This document shows, piece by piece, positions 9,557 through 18,742 of a DNA stretch of 64,000 nt; position 1 is the stretch's first letter; each line of letters opens with the position of its first letter. The position numbers and the translations under genes were made by a program. This DNA comes from Candidatus Peribacteria bacterium (GTDB lineage: Bacteria > Patescibacteriota > Gracilibacteria > Peribacterales > Peribacteraceae). The stretch spans positions 108 through 64,107 of the forward strand of contig SICN01000003.1 in the NCBI GenBank assembly GCA_009691405.1, in the 5' to 3' direction. The notes beneath the pieces are model-generated. The model worked only from the letters and a program-made list of their open reading frames with translations. It did not search any database and was not told where the DNA came from.

Positions 9557-10249
9557 TTATATCCCTCCTTTCACCAGCTTCCGTATCTTCTGGAGCACCG
9601 CTTCGAATGTCTTCGGCACAGGACAGATGATTTCAATCATCTTCCCCGTCATCGGATGCGGGAACGTGATACGGTTTGCATGCAGGAAGAACCGCTTGAG
9701 TTTGAGGAACTTCCCGAATTCCTTGTTCGCTTTGGCAATGCCGTACACATCATCGAGGATCAATGGATGATGGATCATCGAGAGATGCCTCCTGATCTGG
9801 TGTCGTTGTCCCCGCTCGATTGTGAGACGCAAAAGCGTCACCGGACCGATGCACTCAACAACCGTGTAGTCGGTCTTTGCCTCCACTTTTCCTTCTCCGC
9901 TGCGTGCAGGGAGTTTGAAGGTGATCGATCCGCTGCTCTGCTTCACCTGTCCGAGTGAGATTGCCATATACTGCTTCTGCCAACCTGTGAATTTGGTCTC
10001 GAGAATTTTCTGAAGTACTCCTTTTGATTTGGCGAACACGACGACACCCGACGTCTCGAAGTCCAATCGATGGATCGCAAGAACCCCAGGATGATCCTTG
10101 CGGAGAAAATCGAGAAGCGGCAATTTATCGAGCCTGCCCTTACCTTGGACGACGAGTTCGCCCGCCAGTTTACTGACGGCGAGGAGCCATTGGTCTTCGA
10201 AGAGGATCCGTTCAGGGGCGATAGGCATGGGAAGAGTGTACAGGAACAT
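9557..10249 (-). CDS. RluA-family pseudouridine synthase (no S4 domain)
   Basis: The catalytic motif HRLDFETSGVVVFAKS is present, and HQIRRHL lies near the C-terminus. Confidence 0.85.
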   Translation of the reverse strand: MFLYTLPMPIAPERILFEDQWLLAVSKLAGELVVQGKGRLDKLPLLDFLRKDHPGVLAIHRLDFETSGVVVFAKSKGVLQKILETKFTGWQKQYMAISLGQVKQSSGSITFKLPARSGEGKVEAKTDYTVVECIGPVTLLRLTIERGQRHQIRRHLSMIHHPLILDDVYGIAKANKEFGKFLKLKRFFLHANRITFPHPMTGKMIEIICPVPKTFEAVLQKIRKLVKGGI

Positions 10250-10973
10250 GAGCAGGCTTCTTCCGAAGAATCATCAGCCCGTTCCAGAACGTGGGATGAC
10301 AGTTGCAGTATGTTGCAACATCCAGAAGCACTTCGTACTCGCTGTGAAGCCGCAAAAAGCGCTCCGTTGCGCGTCTCGGACCTGTCCAATTCGCATCGTC
10401 AACGATAACGATTCCGCCATCCACGATGAACGGATGGCAGCTCAGAAGAGATTCGTACTGGCAATCTTCGCTGTGGTCGGCATCGTAGAAGAACACGCCA
10501 ACCTCCGAGGCATGCTTCGCCATGTACTGTCGCCAATCTGAAACATGAAATTCGTGACGATCGGACCTCAGTTCCTCGAAGCGACGCAGACATTCGACTT
10601 TTGGATGACCGAACTGCTCGAATGAATCAATCCCGATGCACCGCCTAGAGGCATTACCGACCATGCCGGCAAAGAGGGAGTATCCGTACCACGTGCCGAT
10701 GTTGAGGTAACAAGCGTCTCTCGGCATCTCGCGAACGCACTCGTTGATGATGGCGCCGATCGCAATCGTCGACATTTTCTTCATGCGTGAAATTTTTCGA
10801 AGCTCCGAGAGACGATTGGGGTCCAAAAAAGGAACAACGGTGTTGAACACATCGAAAAAAAATTGCAAAGGAATCGACACTCGCCTCAACATCTTTCGAA
10901 AAATCTTCGGAAACGGAAAGCGCGGTTCAGTAAATCTGAAATGAATCGACCGAAGACTGTTGGATGAAATCAC
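10212..10973 (-). CDS. Class I SAM-dependent methyltransferase (Methyltransf_24/CmcI-like)
   Basis: The core reads LNIGTWYGYS...IGIDSF...FFYDADHS...IVIVDD. The start is uncertain because several in-frame Met codons exist. The 3' end overlaps the RluA start by 38 nt. Confidence 0.6.
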   Translation of the reverse strand: MISSNSLRSIHFRFTEPRFPFPKIFRKMLRRVSIPLQFFFDVFNTVVPFLDPNRLSELRKISRMKKMSTIAIGAIINECVREMPRDACYLNIGTWYGYSLFAGMVGNASRRCIGIDSFEQFGHPKVECLRRFEELRSDRHEFHVSDWRQYMAKHASEVGVFFYDADHSEDCQYESLLSCHPFIVDGGIVIVDDANWTGPRRATERFLRLHSEYEVLLDVATYCNCHPTFWNGLMILRKKPAHVPVHSSHAYRP

Positions 10974-11026
10974 AGATCCACAATACTGACTGGATCTCTC
11001 TTGCTCAATGCCTGTAATCTCGAACT

Positions 11027-11641
11027 ATGGAACCGCACTTCTCCTCCGATTGGTTCAGCCCGCATATTCCGGTGTGGGAAGAAGTGCTCTCACCCCTCAA
11101 AGGAAAGCCCGATCTCTCGTTTCTGGAAATCGGAAGCTACGAAGGCAGAAGCGCATGCTGGCTTCTTGAAAACATCCTTACTCATGAAACTAGCCGGCTC
11201 ACATGCATCGATATTTTCCATCTGAGCGAGGAAAGCATCGAAACCTCTACGCGACTCAACCTTGCGATGCCAACCGGCGAAGAGATCGAGAGGCGATTCG
11301 ATGCGAACATCCGTGCAATCGGTGCGGAGAACAAGGTTACCAAATTGAAAGGCGCATCGAGAGAATTGCTCCGCAAGCTCCCACTCGAAAGTGTCGACTG
11401 CGCGTACGTCGACGGATCGCATACATCGGCCTCCGCACTCATCGATGGCATCCTCTGTCTTGATCTTTTGAAAACGAACGGGCTTCTGATCTTCGACGAC
11501 TATCGCTGGAATTGTTTCCCCGAAGAACCGCTCAAGAATCCCGGAGCCGGCATCGATGCCTTCCTGACGTTCTTCAAGGATGAATGTGAGACGGTACACA
11601 AAGACTATCAGGTCATCGTGCGAAAAACGAAGAAACGCTAA
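11027..11641 (+). CDS. Class I SAM-dependent (O-)methyltransferase
   Basis: The SAM-binding and acidic-loop pattern is LEIGSYEGRSACW...CIDIF...YVDGSHTSASA...LIFDDY. The gene is divergent from the previous methyltransferase. Confidence 0.65.
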   Translation: MEPHFSSDWFSPHIPVWEEVLSPLKGKPDLSFLEIGSYEGRSACWLLENILTHETSRLTCIDIFHLSEESIETSTRLNLAMPTGEEIERRFDANIRAIGAENKVTKLKGASRELLRKLPLESVDCAYVDGSHTSASALIDGILCLDLLKTNGLLIFDDYRWNCFPEEPLKNPGAGIDAFLTFFKDECETVHKDYQVIVRKTKKR

Positions 11642-11675
11642 CATGCTCCCAGCATGCTTTTCCGCTGCAAGAACC

Positions 11676-12665
11676 ATGAACATCATCACCATTTTCTGCG
11701 CCAGAAACGAAGCGGATATTCTGGAAACGTGCGTGCGACACTACGCCCGATGGTCGAAGAAAATCTTCGTCGTGCTGCACCAATGTCAGGACAATTCGGC
11801 GGAGATCATCGGACATCTTCAGGATGAAGGGCTGCCGATCGAATGTTCGATCGACACTGGGCTGCTGCACGAACAGGCAGCGATGATGACCGAGCTCCTG
11901 TATAGAGCGGCAGACGCGGGAGCCGACTGGATTCTTCCGGTGGACACCGACGAATTCATCGTGGGAGACATTTCGCGCGTTCTCGCTGAGCAAGACGGAC
12001 TCACGCCCGTTCGCGTTCCGTGGAAATCGTACGTTCCGATGCCTGGAGATCTGCCGTCCGAACAGAATGTGCTCAAAAGAATCACACATCGCAGAGCCAG
12101 CGAACATCCGCCATGGGCCAAGGTAATCGTGCCAATGAAACTCCTGAAAGACGGAACCGGAAAACGCCTGTATGCCGGAAATCACGGAGTGATGGACGGC
12201 TGCGGCAACCCCGTTCCGGACGTCACCACCTCTCTCGCCATGGCACACTTCCCCGTACGTTCCGCAGAACAGATCAAACGCAAAATCTACGGTGGATGGC
12301 TGACAAATTTCGCCGATCCGAGAAAGCCCCACGGCAACACGTTCCAATGGAAAGCGATCTTCGAGGAGATGAAGAGAAACGACACGATCACCCCCGAGGA
12401 CCTCAAGCGCTACGCGCTCGAGTACGGCATGAAAATCCAATGGAATCGCTTGCCCGCATCGTATCTCGACCGCGGCGACACGACATGGATTCCGTGGGAC
12501 GGCGAACACGAAACAGAGCCTCCCGTTTTAGACCCCGTACCGTGCGATTTCGATCTTCGCTATGATGTGCATGAAGTCGAGCCGATTGCAGTACTCCTCG
12601 AAACCGCAGAAGCGTTTGCGACGGCCTACGGAGAATGTACGTTTTCGAAACACCCGCACTCATGA
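11676..12665 (+). CDS. Family 2 glycosyltransferase (Glyco_tranf_2_4-like), paralog 1
   Basis: The N-terminus is IFCARNEADILETCVRHY and a DTDEF motif follows. It aligns along its full length with the 13566..14567 product. The start is ATG 11676, with ATG 11643 as an alternative. Confidence 0.6.
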   Translation: MNIITIFCARNEADILETCVRHYARWSKKIFVVLHQCQDNSAEIIGHLQDEGLPIECSIDTGLLHEQAAMMTELLYRAADAGADWILPVDTDEFIVGDISRVLAEQDGLTPVRVPWKSYVPMPGDLPSEQNVLKRITHRRASEHPPWAKVIVPMKLLKDGTGKRLYAGNHGVMDGCGNPVPDVTTSLAMAHFPVRSAEQIKRKIYGGWLTNFADPRKPHGNTFQWKAIFEEMKRNDTITPEDLKRYALEYGMKIQWNRLPASYLDRGDTTWIPWDGEHETEPPVLDPVPCDFDLRYDVHEVEPIAVLLETAEAFATAYGECTFSKHPHS

Positions 12666-13511
12666 AAAGATGGAGCCATCAGTAATGGACCGGAGAGTAC
12701 GAAGTTTTTTGTAGAGACGATCTCTCGATGGAAAAAATTCCTCTTCACGCCACGTCGCGATCCCTGCTTCACCTTGAGTGCAACAATCAAGATACGGACC
12801 GACATCATGGGACACAGGGAGGCTGTCCCCTGAAAAAGCCAGAAGCATATCGTCCCACCAGCCCATGCGCATAGCCTCGACATCATGGCTCAGTCCTGTT
12901 GCCTCAAGAAGCAAATGCCATCTGACAAGAAGAGGGCTAGAAAATGCGTAGATTCTATTCAGAATATCGATACGACCTTCACGTCTCGAAATGCCATAAC
13001 GAAAAGTGCCGTCTTTGAGCAACTCCTGACCGAACATACCGTGGGGAACGGAAGGATTTTTGAGTGTCTCTTCGCACATTTTCTGCACTTGAGAGGAGAG
13101 GAGAAAGAGATCATCGTCAATGCAGAGGAAATACTCCCCCTGCGTCTCGCGTGCGATGAAGTAACGGTATGCGCACGGTCTCTGACCGGGCTGCTGGAGA
13201 ACCGTAAGACGAGGATGTGAGAACCGAAGAAAACGAGAAAGATTGCTCTTTGGATTGTTGTTGCTGATGATAACCCGCTTGATGAGCGGGACCTGCAAAA
13301 GCATTCTCGCAAGAATTTCTATGTTTTGTGGACGACGGAAATTGAGAAGAATTGCGGTAAAAATTCCATCTGGAGTTCGCTCGGGGCAATGAACATTCAT
13401 GATGATTCTGCGATATCGCCACATGGCAAAGAGCCAGCGGATATATGCCTCCCACGAAGCACCTTCAGGTTTGCTCAACGTGTAATGAAGAAATATACGA
13501 AGAAACGCCAT
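12660..13511 (-). CDS. Putative glycosyltransferase (DxD-containing), function unknown
   Basis: Two segments look GT-A-like: ILLNFRRPQNIEIL and CIDDDLFLL. It lies between the two GT2 paralogs on the opposite strand. The start is uncertain (13511 or 13400). Confidence 0.45.
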   Translation of the reverse strand: MAFLRIFLHYTLSKPEGASWEAYIRWLFAMWRYRRIIMNVHCPERTPDGIFTAILLNFRRPQNIEILARMLLQVPLIKRVIISNNNPKSNLSRFLRFSHPRLTVLQQPGQRPCAYRYFIARETQGEYFLCIDDDLFLLSSQVQKMCEETLKNPSVPHGMFGQELLKDGTFRYGISRREGRIDILNRIYAFSSPLLVRWHLLLEATGLSHDVEAMRMGWWDDMLLAFSGDSLPVSHDVGPYLDCCTQGEAGIATWREEEFFPSRDRLYKKLRTLRSITDGSIFS

Positions 13512-13565
13512 CAGTACTCAGTCTACAGCATCCCCTCTCCCGCAAAGATATGGCAGACTGGTGAC

Positions 13566-14567
13566 ATGAACATCGTCTCCATCAGCTGGGTCAGAAACGA
13601 AGCAGACGTGATCGAGGCATTCGTTCGTCACCACTGCACATTTCTCGATCGCATGATCATCATCGACAACAGGAGCACGGACAACACCGGAGAGATTCTG
13701 ACCTCACTCAGAAACGAAGGCCTTCCGATCGAACTCCGAAGCGACAATTCGTTCGCGCATCTGCAGGGGGAAGCCCTCACTTCAGTGCTTGAGGAACTGC
13801 GGGAAGACGCGCCCGATTTTGTGCTTCCGCTTGATGCTGATGAATTTCTAGGGGAAAACGCTGGTGGCAAGATGCGCACGACGCTTGAACGATTGCCGAG
13901 CGACGTCGTGTCCATGGTCCCGTGGCGCACCTACGTTCCGGTGCCCGAAGACGATGCATCCGAACTGAATGTTCTTCGGCGCATCCGACACAGGAGATGT
14001 ACAGAGAAACCTCAGTGGTGGAAAGTGATCATCCCCAGCAGTTTCCTAAAGCAGGAAATGAAAATCCGAATGGGAAGCCACGCACTCGTCGACGAATCGA
14101 ACGATCAACATGCCAAGCATTGCGAGTGTAAAACACTCTTTCTCGGGCATTTTCCGGTTCGGAGTGCCGGACAGATCGCGGGGAAAGTGTTCGGAGGATG
14201 GCTGAGCCAGATGGCGAATCCCGAGAGAACACGCGGCGCGATTTTCCAATGGAAAGCGATCTTCGACAAGTTGAAATCGGGGAAAGAAATCGATCCGCAA
14301 ACGCTCATGCGACTGGCGATGGACTACGGCACGGAGAAGCAGTGGGAAACACTGCCCGCCGAAGAAAAAGGAGCAAACGCTCTCGGACACTTCGCGGGTC
14401 TCGAGCCGGAGAATATGAAAGGTGCACATACCGTCACGCTCGATCCCATCCCGGTCGATTTCCAACTCAGGTATGACGCGAAACGCCTGCCTCCGCTTCA
14501 GATTCTTGCCGAAAGCGCCGAATATCTTGCGCAGGAATTGGCGTGTTGTTCAAAAAAGAGACAGTGA
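13566..14567 (+). CDS. Family 2 glycosyltransferase (Glyco_tranf_2_4-like), paralog 2
   Basis: It contains ISWVRNEADVIEAFVRHH, IIIDNRSTDNT and DADEF. It shares blocks with paralog 1 (HFPVRSA.QI, FQWKAIF, DP.P.DF.LRYD). Confidence 0.6.
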   Translation: MNIVSISWVRNEADVIEAFVRHHCTFLDRMIIIDNRSTDNTGEILTSLRNEGLPIELRSDNSFAHLQGEALTSVLEELREDAPDFVLPLDADEFLGENAGGKMRTTLERLPSDVVSMVPWRTYVPVPEDDASELNVLRRIRHRRCTEKPQWWKVIIPSSFLKQEMKIRMGSHALVDESNDQHAKHCECKTLFLGHFPVRSAGQIAGKVFGGWLSQMANPERTRGAIFQWKAIFDKLKSGKEIDPQTLMRLAMDYGTEKQWETLPAEEKGANALGHFAGLEPENMKGAHTVTLDPIPVDFQLRYDAKRLPPLQILAESAEYLAQELACCSKKRQ

Positions 14568-14569
14568 AA

Positions 14570-15325
14570 TCACTCTATGAATTTCAAGCCGTACATCATG
14601 ACCATACCAACAATAATGCAGAAAAGTTGTCCGAGTGTCTTTTTGAGTGCGGTCTCTTTATGCAATTCAGGAATCAAGTCGGAGCCGGCGATGTAGAGAA
14701 GATTCCCCGCAGCAAAAGGTAAAATGAATGCCACAAGATTACTATCCGTTGCCGCGAACAGGAGCACGATCAAAGCGCCAACGATCGATGTCACGCCAGA
14801 CAAACAGTTGAGAAGAAGCGCACGTTTCTTCGAGTAACCGCTGTGCAGCAGAATCGCGACATTGCCGACCTCGTGCGGAATCTCATGCAGCACGACAGCG
14901 ATCGTCGTCGAAACGCCGATTGGAATACTCGCGAGAAACGCCGCTGCAATCACGAGTCCGTCGATGAAGTTGTGCATCGACTCCCCGACGATACTGACAA
15001 TACCCATCGGATGATGGTGATGATCATGATGTGTCTCAGACGGAAGCACGTGACAATGCCGCCAGTGAACAATCTTCTCAAGAACAAAGGAGAAGAGAAT
15101 GCCCGAGAGAAGAATGTAGAGGCTCCTCCCGAACGTATCCTGGGACTCGGCAAGATCCGGGATGATGTGGATGAAGACGTCGCCAAGAAGCGCACCGGTC
15201 GACAGACTCACGAAGTACAGAAGCAACTGCCTGATCGTTTTCTCCTCAAACAGGAAGAAGAAAATACCGAGAAACGACAGCAGGCTGACGAAGAGGACGG
15301 CGGAGAGGGTGTAGAGGGTGGTCAT
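14570..15325 (-). CDS. ZIP-family divalent metal transporter (ZupT-like)
   Basis: The 251-aa protein is polytopic. It has a His-rich loop (HHDHHHHP) and the ZIP signature HEIPHEVGN. Confidence 0.85.
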   Translation of the reverse strand: MTTLYTLSAVLFVSLLSFLGIFFFLFEEKTIRQLLLYFVSLSTGALLGDVFIHIIPDLAESQDTFGRSLYILLSGILFSFVLEKIVHWRHCHVLPSETHHDHHHHPMGIVSIVGESMHNFIDGLVIAAAFLASIPIGVSTTIAVVLHEIPHEVGNVAILLHSGYSKKRALLLNCLSGVTSIVGALIVLLFAATDSNLVAFILPFAAGNLLYIAGSDLIPELHKETALKKTLGQLFCIIVGMVMMYGLKFIE

Positions 15326-15388
15326 GAGGAGAGAACGAAACAGGGATGACTTGCCATGAGTGAGTCCGCCTGAGGCGGACGAGTCGAA

Positions 15389-15465
15389 TGGTGGACGATC
15401 CCGGATTCGAACCGGGGACCTTTCGAATGTGAATCGAACGCTCTAACCAGCTGAGCTAATCGTCC
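15389..15465 (-). tRNA. tRNA-Val (anticodon CAC), CCA encoded
   Basis: I folded the cloverleaf by hand. The acceptor is GGACGAT/ATCGTCC, the D arm is GCTC..GAGC and the anticodon stem is TTCGA/TCGAA with loop TTCACAT. The T arm is CCCGG-TTCGAAT-CCGGG, followed by discriminator A and CCA. Confidence 0.9.
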
Positions 15466-15519
15466 ATACAGCTTGATGAGCCTACTACGTTTTTTCGATT
15501 CCCGCATCTATCTCTCCGG

Positions 15520-16035
15520 ATGAAATCTGACTACAATCCCCCTGTGACTCGCACCCTCACCCTCATCTACGCGACATCGACGGGGCACACGGAGTTTGTC
15601 GTCGATACGCTGCAAGCGGCTCTCGGCAAGATCCTGCCCGATCTTCGCATCATCAAGCAGAGAGCGGAGGTGAGTACTTCGGAAGATCTGGAAAAAAGCG
15701 ACATCCTGCTTTTGGCCTGCGGCTCGTGGAACACGGGAAATGTCGAGGGGCAACTGCAACCGCATATGCATGAACTTCTCACCGTTCGCGCAGCCGAAGC
15801 GGAATTGAAAGGCAAACCCGCAGCCGCCATTGGACTCGGGGACGACCGGTACTACTTCACCGCGCGTGCGGCGGAAAAATTGACGGAGTACTTAATCGAA
15901 AGACAGGCAACACTGCTGCTCCCGACGCTCATCATCATCAATGATCCCTTCGATCAAACGGCGAAGATCGAGGCATGGGCGAAGGAATTTGCGACTGCAG
16001 TCTCTAAACTCCCTGCCGTTCACTTCAAAACATGA
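15520..16035 (+). CDS. Flavodoxin
   Basis: The FMN phosphate-binding loop is LIYATSTGHTE, with GSWNTG and LGDDRYY further on. The length is 171 aa. Confidence 0.8.
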   Translation: MKSDYNPPVTRTLTLIYATSTGHTEFVVDTLQAALGKILPDLRIIKQRAEVSTSEDLEKSDILLLACGSWNTGNVEGQLQPHMHELLTVRAAEAELKGKPAAAIGLGDDRYYFTARAAEKLTEYLIERQATLLLPTLIIINDPFDQTAKIEAWAKEFATAVSKLPAVHFKT

Positions 16036-16036
16036 T

Positions 16037-16070
16037 TCATTCTACATTTTACATTCTACATTTTACATTC
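16037..16070. repeat. 14-nt tandem repeat (ACATTCTACATTTT, about 2.5 units) in the flavodoxin-korA spacer
   Basis: Read directly as ttcattctacattttacattctacattttacattc. A related array lies at 19858..19905. Confidence 0.8.
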
Positions 16071-16079
16071 GCATCCTAG

Positions 16080-17819
16080 ATGCGCGTTTCCCTCAAAATC
16101 GTCGGCGCATCCGGACAAGGTATCGACTCGATCGGTGAGATCATGGCGAAGGCGCTCAAAAGAAGCGGATACTGCGTTTTCGGCTACCGTGAGTATCCGT
16201 CGCTCATCAAGGGCGGGCATGCGAGCTACCAACTGGATATCTCCGATGAACAGATCGAAAGCACGGAAACATGCGTGAACATCGTAATCACGCTCAATCA
16301 TCATGGTCTCGAACGCAATCTGATGGATTTGAAACCGGGAGGAATCTTGATCCACTCGACACCCGATTGGAGCTTCCCGACGGAACACCGGAAACTCATC
16401 GAACGCTTGAGCATCCAGATCATCGAACTCCCAATCGAAACGATGCTCAGAAAACTGGGCGCAAAGCCGATCCTCGGTAACGTCCTTCTCTCCGCCTTTC
16501 TTTGGTCTGTCCTCGGGCAAGAGATCAATACACTCAAGAAGATGGTTGGGGAAAAATTCGCAAAGAAGAAAGATCTGCTCGAACTGAACATGCGCTGCAT
16601 CGATGACGGTTTCGCAATGCGAAAAGAATTCCCCGCACTATCGGTCGCGATACCGAAACCGGCGAAGAATTGGCAGAAACAACTGCTCATTACCGGAAGC
16701 AAAGCCATGGGACTCGGTGCCATCCATGCCGGTATGCGTCTGTATGCAGGCTATCCTATGACACCGAGCAGTCCACTTCTGAGTTTTGTCGCATCGATCC
16801 AGAATGAAACAGGGATCGTAATCAAGCAGGCTGAAGACGAGATCACCGCTGCACAGATCGTCTCCGGTGCAATGTTCATGGGAACCAGGGCGCTTACCGC
16901 AACATCTGGAGGCGGATTCGATCTGATGAGCGAAACACTGTCACTCAACGCGATCATCGAGAACCCGACGGTCTTCGTTCTGGCGCAGCGTCCGGGACCG
17001 GCAACGGGACTTCCCACATGGACGGGGCAAGCGGATCTCCTGATGGCGGTGAACACCGCTCACGGTGAATTCGCAAGACTCGTGATATCCATTTCTGATG
17101 CATCGGATGCTTTCACTCTGATGAACGAGGCATTCAACATCGCCGAAGAATTTCAAATCAGCGTGATCGTCCTCACCGACAAGCAAATTGCCGAAGCGCT
17201 GTATACCCAAGAACCATATGACCTGACGAAAACGAAGATCAAACGTGGACTGGTCACGGACTCGGAGAAGCTGAAGAAATTAAAATCATCCGATCGATAT
17301 GCCGCAAATGCGAAGAACGGCATTTCACCGAGATGGCTGCCCGGAGCCGACGCTGCTACGTACGTCGCACAGGGCGATGAACACAATGCCGACGGTACGG
17401 TCGACGAATCTTCGGCGAATGCAAAAGCACAGATGGAGAAGCGCATGAAGAAAATGGAAGCACTGAAGGCGGCACTGCCCGAACCCAATCTCTTCGGATC
17501 ACAGGAACCGGAAGTGCTTCTTCTCGGCTGGGGCAGTACGAAATCGGTCGTTCTCGATGTGCTGAAGTCTGACGCACTGAAAGACAAGAAGATCGGCTAT
17601 CTGCATTTCACACATCTGTGGCCACTCAAAACAGAAGCATTCAAGAAACTGACGAAGATCGTGAAGCAGACGATTCTGATCGAAGGCAATTACCAAGGTC
17701 AACTCGGACAGCTTTTGAAACAAGAAACCGGCATCGACATTCAAGATAAAATTTTGAAGTACGATGGCCGACCGTTTTTCTACGATGAACTTTTGAAACT
17801 ACTTTCCGATCGCATCTAA
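16080..17819 (+). CDS. 2-oxoacid:ferredoxin/flavodoxin oxidoreductase, fused gamma-alpha subunit
   Basis: The N-terminal POR gamma-type domain reads IVGASGQGIDSIG. An alpha-subunit region follows (GYPMTPSS, AEDEI.AAQI). The length is 579 aa. Confidence 0.85.
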   Translation: MRVSLKIVGASGQGIDSIGEIMAKALKRSGYCVFGYREYPSLIKGGHASYQLDISDEQIESTETCVNIVITLNHHGLERNLMDLKPGGILIHSTPDWSFPTEHRKLIERLSIQIIELPIETMLRKLGAKPILGNVLLSAFLWSVLGQEINTLKKMVGEKFAKKKDLLELNMRCIDDGFAMRKEFPALSVAIPKPAKNWQKQLLITGSKAMGLGAIHAGMRLYAGYPMTPSSPLLSFVASIQNETGIVIKQAEDEITAAQIVSGAMFMGTRALTATSGGGFDLMSETLSLNAIIENPTVFVLAQRPGPATGLPTWTGQADLLMAVNTAHGEFARLVISISDASDAFTLMNEAFNIAEEFQISVIVLTDKQIAEALYTQEPYDLTKTKIKRGLVTDSEKLKKLKSSDRYAANAKNGISPRWLPGADAATYVAQGDEHNADGTVDESSANAKAQMEKRMKKMEALKAALPEPNLFGSQEPEVLLLGWGSTKSVVLDVLKSDALKDKKIGYLHFTHLWPLKTEAFKKLTKIVKQTILIEGNYQGQLGQLLKQETGIDIQDKILKYDGRPFFYDELLKLLSDRI

Positions 17820-17824
17820 CTTTT

Positions 17825-18739
17825 ATGTCCATCCCTCTCCAAGCATCCCATTCGGCAAGCTCAGGGCCTTCGGCATCGCCAACCATGAAAGACTACCACT
17901 CGCAAAACCAGTCGACATGGTGCGATGGCTGCGGTGACTACGGAATCTGGGCTGCGATCAAACAGGCACTCGTCGAACTGAAGATCCCTCCAACGCAGAC
18001 ACTTCTCTGTTACGACGTCGGTTGTCACGGCAACATGTCGGATAAACTTCTCGGATACCGCTTCCACGGTCTCCATGGACGCGTGCTTCCTTTCGCTGCA
18101 GGAGCGAAACTCGCAAACCCAAAACTTCCCGTCATCGCATTCGGCGGCGATGGTGCAAGTTTCTCCGAGGGCATCGGACATCTCGTTCATGCCGTCCGGA
18201 GCCATTACCCGATCGTCTTCGTCCTCCACAACAACGGTAATTACGGTCTGACGTGTGGACAAGCAAGCTCCTTAACTCCACAGAATCAGCCGATGAACGT
18301 AGCTCCAAATGGTATCCCCGAGGCGACACTGAATTCGATGGATTTCATCTTCTCTCTCGAGCCGACATTCGTCGCACGCGGGTTCTCGGGTGATATCAGA
18401 CAATTGAAAGAGATTCTCAAAATGGCGATCTCGCACAGAGGTTTCGCCTTCGTCGATGTGTTGCAGGCTTGCCCGACCTACAACCACTTCGCAACACACA
18501 CGCTGCTGATGCAGAAATGCTACAAAGTCGAAGACGAGAATCACGATGCGAGCGACTTCGTGAAAGCAAGAAAACTTGCGGTGGATACAAGCAAACGCAT
18601 CGCAACAGGTATTCTCTACCGAAACGAAAACGTGCCGAATTTCATCGAGCGGCTCGTGCCAAGACAGGGAAAGACGACGACACCAGTCGAAGAAGTAGCA
18701 ACGTTTGATGTGAGTAAGCTGATGGAGGAGTTTGTGTAA
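17825..18739 (+). CDS. 2-oxoacid:ferredoxin/flavodoxin oxidoreductase, beta (TPP-binding) subunit
   Basis: It has the Cys motif WCDGCGDYGI and the TPP-binding GGDG...NNGNYGLT. It starts 5 nt after the alpha-subunit stop. Confidence 0.85.
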   Translation: MSIPLQASHSASSGPSASPTMKDYHSQNQSTWCDGCGDYGIWAAIKQALVELKIPPTQTLLCYDVGCHGNMSDKLLGYRFHGLHGRVLPFAAGAKLANPKLPVIAFGGDGASFSEGIGHLVHAVRSHYPIVFVLHNNGNYGLTCGQASSLTPQNQPMNVAPNGIPEATLNSMDFIFSLEPTFVARGFSGDIRQLKEILKMAISHRGFAFVDVLQACPTYNHFATHTLLMQKCYKVEDENHDASDFVKARKLAVDTSKRIATGILYRNENVPNFIERLVPRQGKTTTPVEEVATFDVSKLMEEFV

Positions 18740-18742
18740 GAG

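Noticed and set aside
15364-15380. The hairpin gtccgcc-tga-ggcggac just 3' of tRNA-Val, considered as a terminator.
   Set aside because: It is a 7-bp stem with no U-tract on either strand. It may be a processing or stability hairpin, but the evidence is too thin to annotate.
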